Shown piece by piece: positions 51,307 to 54,440 of a DNA stretch of 54,440 nucleotides. Every line of letters starts with the position of its first letter. Position 1 is the stretch's first letter. Under the pieces are notes generated by a model. It was not told the origin of the DNA. It ran no database searches and was given only the letters and a program-made list of their open reading frames with translations. The stretch lies in contig JBHJHA010000054.1 of NCBI GenBank assembly GCA_050331235.1, forward strand, positions 1 to 54,440, given 5' to 3'. The DNA is from Leptolyngbyaceae cyanobacterium. Its GTDB lineage: Bacteria; Cyanobacteriota; Cyanobacteriia; Phormidesmidales; Phormidesmidaceae. The translations under genes were made by a program, and so were the position numbers.

Positions 51307-51587
51307 TCTCCCTGCCGTATATTTCAACATTGGATGCGGGAGCCGCCATATCGGTTCTGAATGATCGCGTCATCCATGAGACGCCGCTGCTGTCGCCGCC
51401 CTTTAATCGGACGATGTCTGATGCTTGGCTGCTGTCGCTGGCTCCCTTTTTTAGCGCAGCTATTCCCAAGAAGCCATAGGGGAATGAACAGGCGATCTAA
51501 GGAATCTTTAGCGGGTTGAAAGGCCGCCTGACTGTGAGAAACTGCCATTATTGGCTACGGAGATGCGGAGATCAGTGGTGCGTAGGC

Positions 51588-51621
51588 AAAAAAAATCCCG
51601 CTGACTATTGATCAACGAGAT
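51588..51621 (-). terminator. Intrinsic terminator on the minus strand, downstream of the DUF4278 gene
   Basis: Minus strand ATCTCGTTGA-TCAATAG-TCAGCGGGAT followed by a T-run. The stem pairs fully only on the minus strand (two G-U pairs). Confidence 0.75.
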
Positions 51622-51668
51622 ACAGTTTGCTGTCTGTGTTGTCTAGGAGGAAACGAAAAGCTACGGCT

Positions 51669-51783
51669 TATACCAATTCTCTGTAATAGCGCTACAGATT
51701 TGAAGATCCCCTGCTGTCGCTGCCCCCTTGAAAAAGGGGCTTTGAAGAATCTATGTGTGGTTGTGATTCGTAGAAATAGTATT
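51669..51783. repeat. Palindromic dispersed-repeat/MITE-like element
   Basis: Imperfect terminal inverted repeats TATACCAATTCT... / ...AGAAATAGTAT with an internal GCCCCCTTGAAAAAGGGGC hairpin. Confidence 0.5.
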
Positions 51784-51958
51784 AGCGGGTATAGCGTACA
51801 CCCCGATAGATTAGGGCTTCAGCTGGCCGACGAAAGCTCTGATTGGGCTGTTTGATGCTGTAAGGCTTGCCGAGAAAAACGCCAGTTTGCTCAGTCTCGA
51901 TGGTGGGGCTACCGGCAATGAGTGAGCGAAACGTGACGCCACGATAGGTCATTTGCAT
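51782..51958 (-). CDS. DUF4278 family small protein (58 aa; not in the ORF track)
   Basis: MQMTYRGVTFRSLIAGSPTIETEQTGVFLGKPYSIKQPNQSFRRPAEALIYRGVRYTR-stop with repeated YRGV motifs; RBS GGAG upstream. Confidence 0.85.
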   Translation of the reverse strand: MQMTYRGVTFRSLIAGSPTIETEQTGVFLGKPYSIKQPNQSFRRPAEALIYRGVRYTR

Positions 51959-52173
51959 GGGGGCAATACTCCATGTGTAGTTTGCTGTTTATAAAAACAG
52001 CGCCTGCGGTCGTCATTTCCCGAGTCAAGGGGTGTTTGTCGTCACTCAGTTGCGTGATCTGTCCCAGCCGATGGCAATCCTGATCGTGACGGGATGTGGT
52101 GGGTGGATTGACCTTGCCGATGACCTGCCCAGCATTGCTCTCGTATGAGGAATATCACCGGCCAGCGATTGCT

Positions 52174-52860
52174 TTAGGCGATAAAGAGTAGATGCCAGCC
52201 AACGATCGCGATCGCCAAATCTGCCCAAGCATGGCTAATGTAGCAGGGCCATAGAGAACGATACCGGAGATAACAACCTGACCAGATCGCGCCAGCGATG
52301 AACACTCCTAGCGAGCCGATAACTATTACCCCAAGATTGCCGGTAAAGCCAGCTAGAGCGACGATGTGATGGAGCGTAAAGCTGACAGCCGCAAGCCCTA
52401 CAGCTGCAAAACGAGTGACTAGCTGCTCGCAAGCGCGATAGGCAAACCAGCGCCAAATGTACTCTTCGACGCAGGCGTTGATGAAGGTGAAATAAACTGC
52501 AAAGGCAAAGTAGGCAAAGGGTTGGAGCAAGCCAAGGTTGGCAACGCTGGCTTGTACTGCCGCCTCATCAATCAGGGTACGACCGAAGGCCCAATAGCTA
52601 CCGACAATGACACTGAATAGGATGAGTCCGAGGCCATTGCCGTCCCAAAATTGGCGCTGGGCCGGCCAGCCGAATTGCCACGATCGCGGCTGTAGCTGGC
52701 GATGCCACAATACGGGCAACAGCAACATCCCTAGCCGCGTCATGACAAACAGAGTTCGCCCCACTGACCCCAGATAAAATCGGGCCAGTAACCCTCCGCT
52801 GGCTAGAACAATCAGCAGGATGAGGGCGATCGCAGCCCGAGCGCGAGCGGATTTTCCCAT
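52174..52860 (-). CDS. CPBP (Abi/CAAX) family intramembrane metalloprotease
   Basis: EEYIWR, FTLHH and SHAWAD motifs; multiple TMs. Confidence 0.9.
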   Translation of the reverse strand: MGKSARARAAIALILLIVLASGGLLARFYLGSVGRTLFVMTRLGMLLLPVLWHRQLQPRSWQFGWPAQRQFWDGNGLGLILFSVIVGSYWAFGRTLIDEAAVQASVANLGLLQPFAYFAFAVYFTFINACVEEYIWRWFAYRACEQLVTRFAAVGLAAVSFTLHHIVALAGFTGNLGVIVIGSLGVFIAGAIWSGCYLRYRSLWPCYISHAWADLAIAIVGWHLLFIA

Positions 52861-52900
52861 GGGATATAGCTAATTATTCACGGGCAGGCCGTGGAGACTA

Positions 52901-52938
52901 ATCTACTGGGGACGAACTGATCTACTGGGGACGAACTG
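52901..52938. repeat. Tandem 19-bp direct repeat (two copies)
   Basis: ATCTACTGGGGACGAACTG at 52901-52919 and 52920-52938. Confidence 0.9.
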
Positions 52939-52941
52939 AAT

Positions 52942-53427
52942 CTAGCTAGGGCGTACCCGCATCAGTGTTTGGCCAAACTCAACCGGTTCAGAATTTTCGA
53001 CCAAGATCTCGACAATCTCGCCGGTCACTTCTGCTTCGAGTTCGTTCATCAGCTTCATCGCCTCAATGATGCAGACGGTCTGCCCCGACTGAATGCGATC
53101 GCCCAAATCGACAAACGGTGGCTCCTCAGGGGCCGGGGCCCGGTAAAACGTACCAACCATTGGTGAGGTGATTTCAACTAAGTTAGAATCGGCTGAGGGA
53201 GGCGGGGTCGGCGGGGCTGCCGGAGCGGGAGCCTCAGCAACCGGAACCACGGGGGCCGGCTGAGCCGCATTCACCATAACGGGCGAGCTAGCCGACACGA
53301 TCGCCCCTTGTTTCCGCAGCGTGAGCTCAAAATCAGCTCCTTTGAGCGTCAGTTCTGAGATATCGGTCTGGCTCAGGGTCGTCACCAGCTCCCGCAGTTC
53401 ATTGAAATTTAGTTCCACTAATTGCAC
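52942..53427 (-). CDS. accB: Biotin carboxyl carrier protein of acetyl-CoA carboxylase
   Basis: SPMVGTFY and EAMKLMNE motifs; Pro/Ala linker; follows efp. Confidence 0.97.
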   Translation of the reverse strand: MQLVELNFNELRELVTTLSQTDISELTLKGADFELTLRKQGAIVSASSPVMVNAAQPAPVVPVAEAPAPAAPPTPPPSADSNLVEITSPMVGTFYRAPAPEEPPFVDLGDRIQSGQTVCIIEAMKLMNELEAEVTGEIVEILVENSEPVEFGQTLMRVRPS

Positions 53428-53471
53428 TCCCTACCAACAAGGCAGCAAGCCGCTACCCATAATGAGGACGA

Positions 53472-54029
53472 CTACTCCCGACCCAAATATGAATCAGAAC
53501 GGGTATCGACTTTGATTTTTTCACCAATCGAAATGAAGAGTGGCACCATGACTTGAGCTCCAGTTTCTACGATGGCCGGCTTGGTGCCGCCAGTAGCGGT
53601 GTCGCCTTTGACCCCAGGATCGGTCTGCGTCACCTCTAGCACCACGGAGGTGGGCAGCTCGACTTCGAGAATTTGCTCGTTCCACCGCACCACGTTGACT
53701 TCCATCTCTTCTTTGAGATATTTAACGCGATCGCCGACTTGGTCTTCACTCATGCGGACTTCTTCAAAGGTCTCCATGTCCATAAAGACTAAGTCTTCAC
53801 CGTCACGGTAGGTATGCTGCATCACCTTTTTCTCAAGGTTGGCTTGGGGTACGGTCTCACCAGCGCGAAATGTTTTTTCGACGGTGTTGCCGGTTTGGAC
53901 ATTTTTGAGTTTGGTGCGGACGAAGGCGGAACCCTTGCCTGGCTTAACGTGTAGGAACTCAACTACCCGCCAAACTGACCCATCCAGTTCAATACTGACG
54001 CCCGTACGAAAGTCGTTGCTTGAAATCAT
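53472..54029 (-). CDS. efp: Elongation factor P
   Basis: [18 protein letters not shown] and [11 protein letters not shown] motifs. Confidence 0.98.
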   Translation of the reverse strand: MISSNDFRTGVSIELDGSVWRVVEFLHVKPGKGSAFVRTKLKNVQTGNTVEKTFRAGETVPQANLEKKVMQHTYRDGEDLVFMDMETFEEVRMSEDQVGDRVKYLKEEMEVNVVRWNEQILEVELPTSVVLEVTQTDPGVKGDTATGGTKPAIVETGAQVMVPLFISIGEKIKVDTRSDSYLGRE

Positions 54030-54172
54030 ATCGCTGGCTACCCGTGGATCTTGAACAATCGGCATCTCATTTTACCGCTCAGGGGCAACTTTCCCGAACG
54101 CTTCTGGAGATGAGCCGGACTATGGCAAGATCGAAGGCGTTTGCTTGATGTGACCTTTCATAAGCGCTACCC

Positions 54173-54440
54173 ATGCAACGATTCAACCAATGGCTTACGT
54201 CCATCGCCCTCAGCCTGCTGGTGTGGGCCGGACTCATCGTCAGCGAAAGTGCTCTCAACGCCCCACCGGCCAGAGCAGAAGCTGCACCGCTGTCGTCTTC
54301 GCTCGTGGCCTACCTGCCCCCCGGAAATGCCATTACCGACGGCAAGGCTCTTTTGCGATATGCCTTGCCCATCGACAACGAAGACATCCGCAAAGTTCAA
54401 GAAGATTTAGAAGGCTTATCTAAATGGTTGCGGAGTAAGC
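54173..54440 (+). CDS. CYP38/TLP40-like peptidyl-prolyl isomerase, N-terminal part (runs off the window end)
   Basis: Open frame MQRFNQWLTSIALSLLVWAG...LPPGNAITDGKALLRYALPIDNEDIRKVQEDLE; divergent from efp. Confidence 0.85.
   Translation, partial: MQRFNQWLTSIALSLLVWAGLIVSESALNAPPARAEAAPLSSSLVAYLPPGNAITDGKALLRYALPIDNEDIRKVQEDLEGLSKWLRSK

Noticed and set aside
51307..51587. ORFs 51324-51548 and 51203-51469 on the minus strand
   Set aside because: No family motifs; they lie beyond a strong minus-strand terminator, and one overlaps the exonuclease gene.

Overview
Chromosomal window from a cyanobacterium, probably a filamentous Leptolyngbya/Nodosilinea-like lineage (inferred from abundant HIP1 GCGATCGC and cyanobacterial gene content). 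From about 5.1 kb to the end it is mostly housekeeping and conserved cyanobacterial genes: eno, a 7TM-HD phosphohydrolase, an mgsA-lipid kinase fusion, an ArsA/GET3 ATPase, an FKBP PPIase, malic enzyme, sbtA-sbtB, fabI, trpC, lpdA, tRNA-Leu(CAG), murA, phoX, ribF, surE, pheS, accB, efp and the start of a CYP38-like PPIase. The first ~4.6 kb is an accessory island in which I found no HIP1, and it is AT-rich up to ~3.15 kb. It holds four elements. (1) The 3' end of a group II intron (HNH tail of the intron-encoded protein plus domains V and VI). (2) An intact 901-aa fusion of a Cas4/RecB-like Fe-S domain, an RNase H-like DEDD exonuclease (TM0106 type) and an IS66 DDE transposase. (3) An overlapping pair of a small protein and a retropepsin-like aspartic protease. 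(4) A well-formed integron attC site followed by a membrane-protein gene. This island is the best candidate for a poorly described system. Smaller points of interest are a DUF6671-like Zn-finger gene next to sbtAB, a possible ATC start codon for murA, two Gly-to-Cys changes in the PhoX active-site motif, and a 58-aa DUF4278 gene missed by the ORF track, followed by a palindromic element and a candidate 3'-UTR sRNA. All calls come from motif recognition by eye; no database searches were run.
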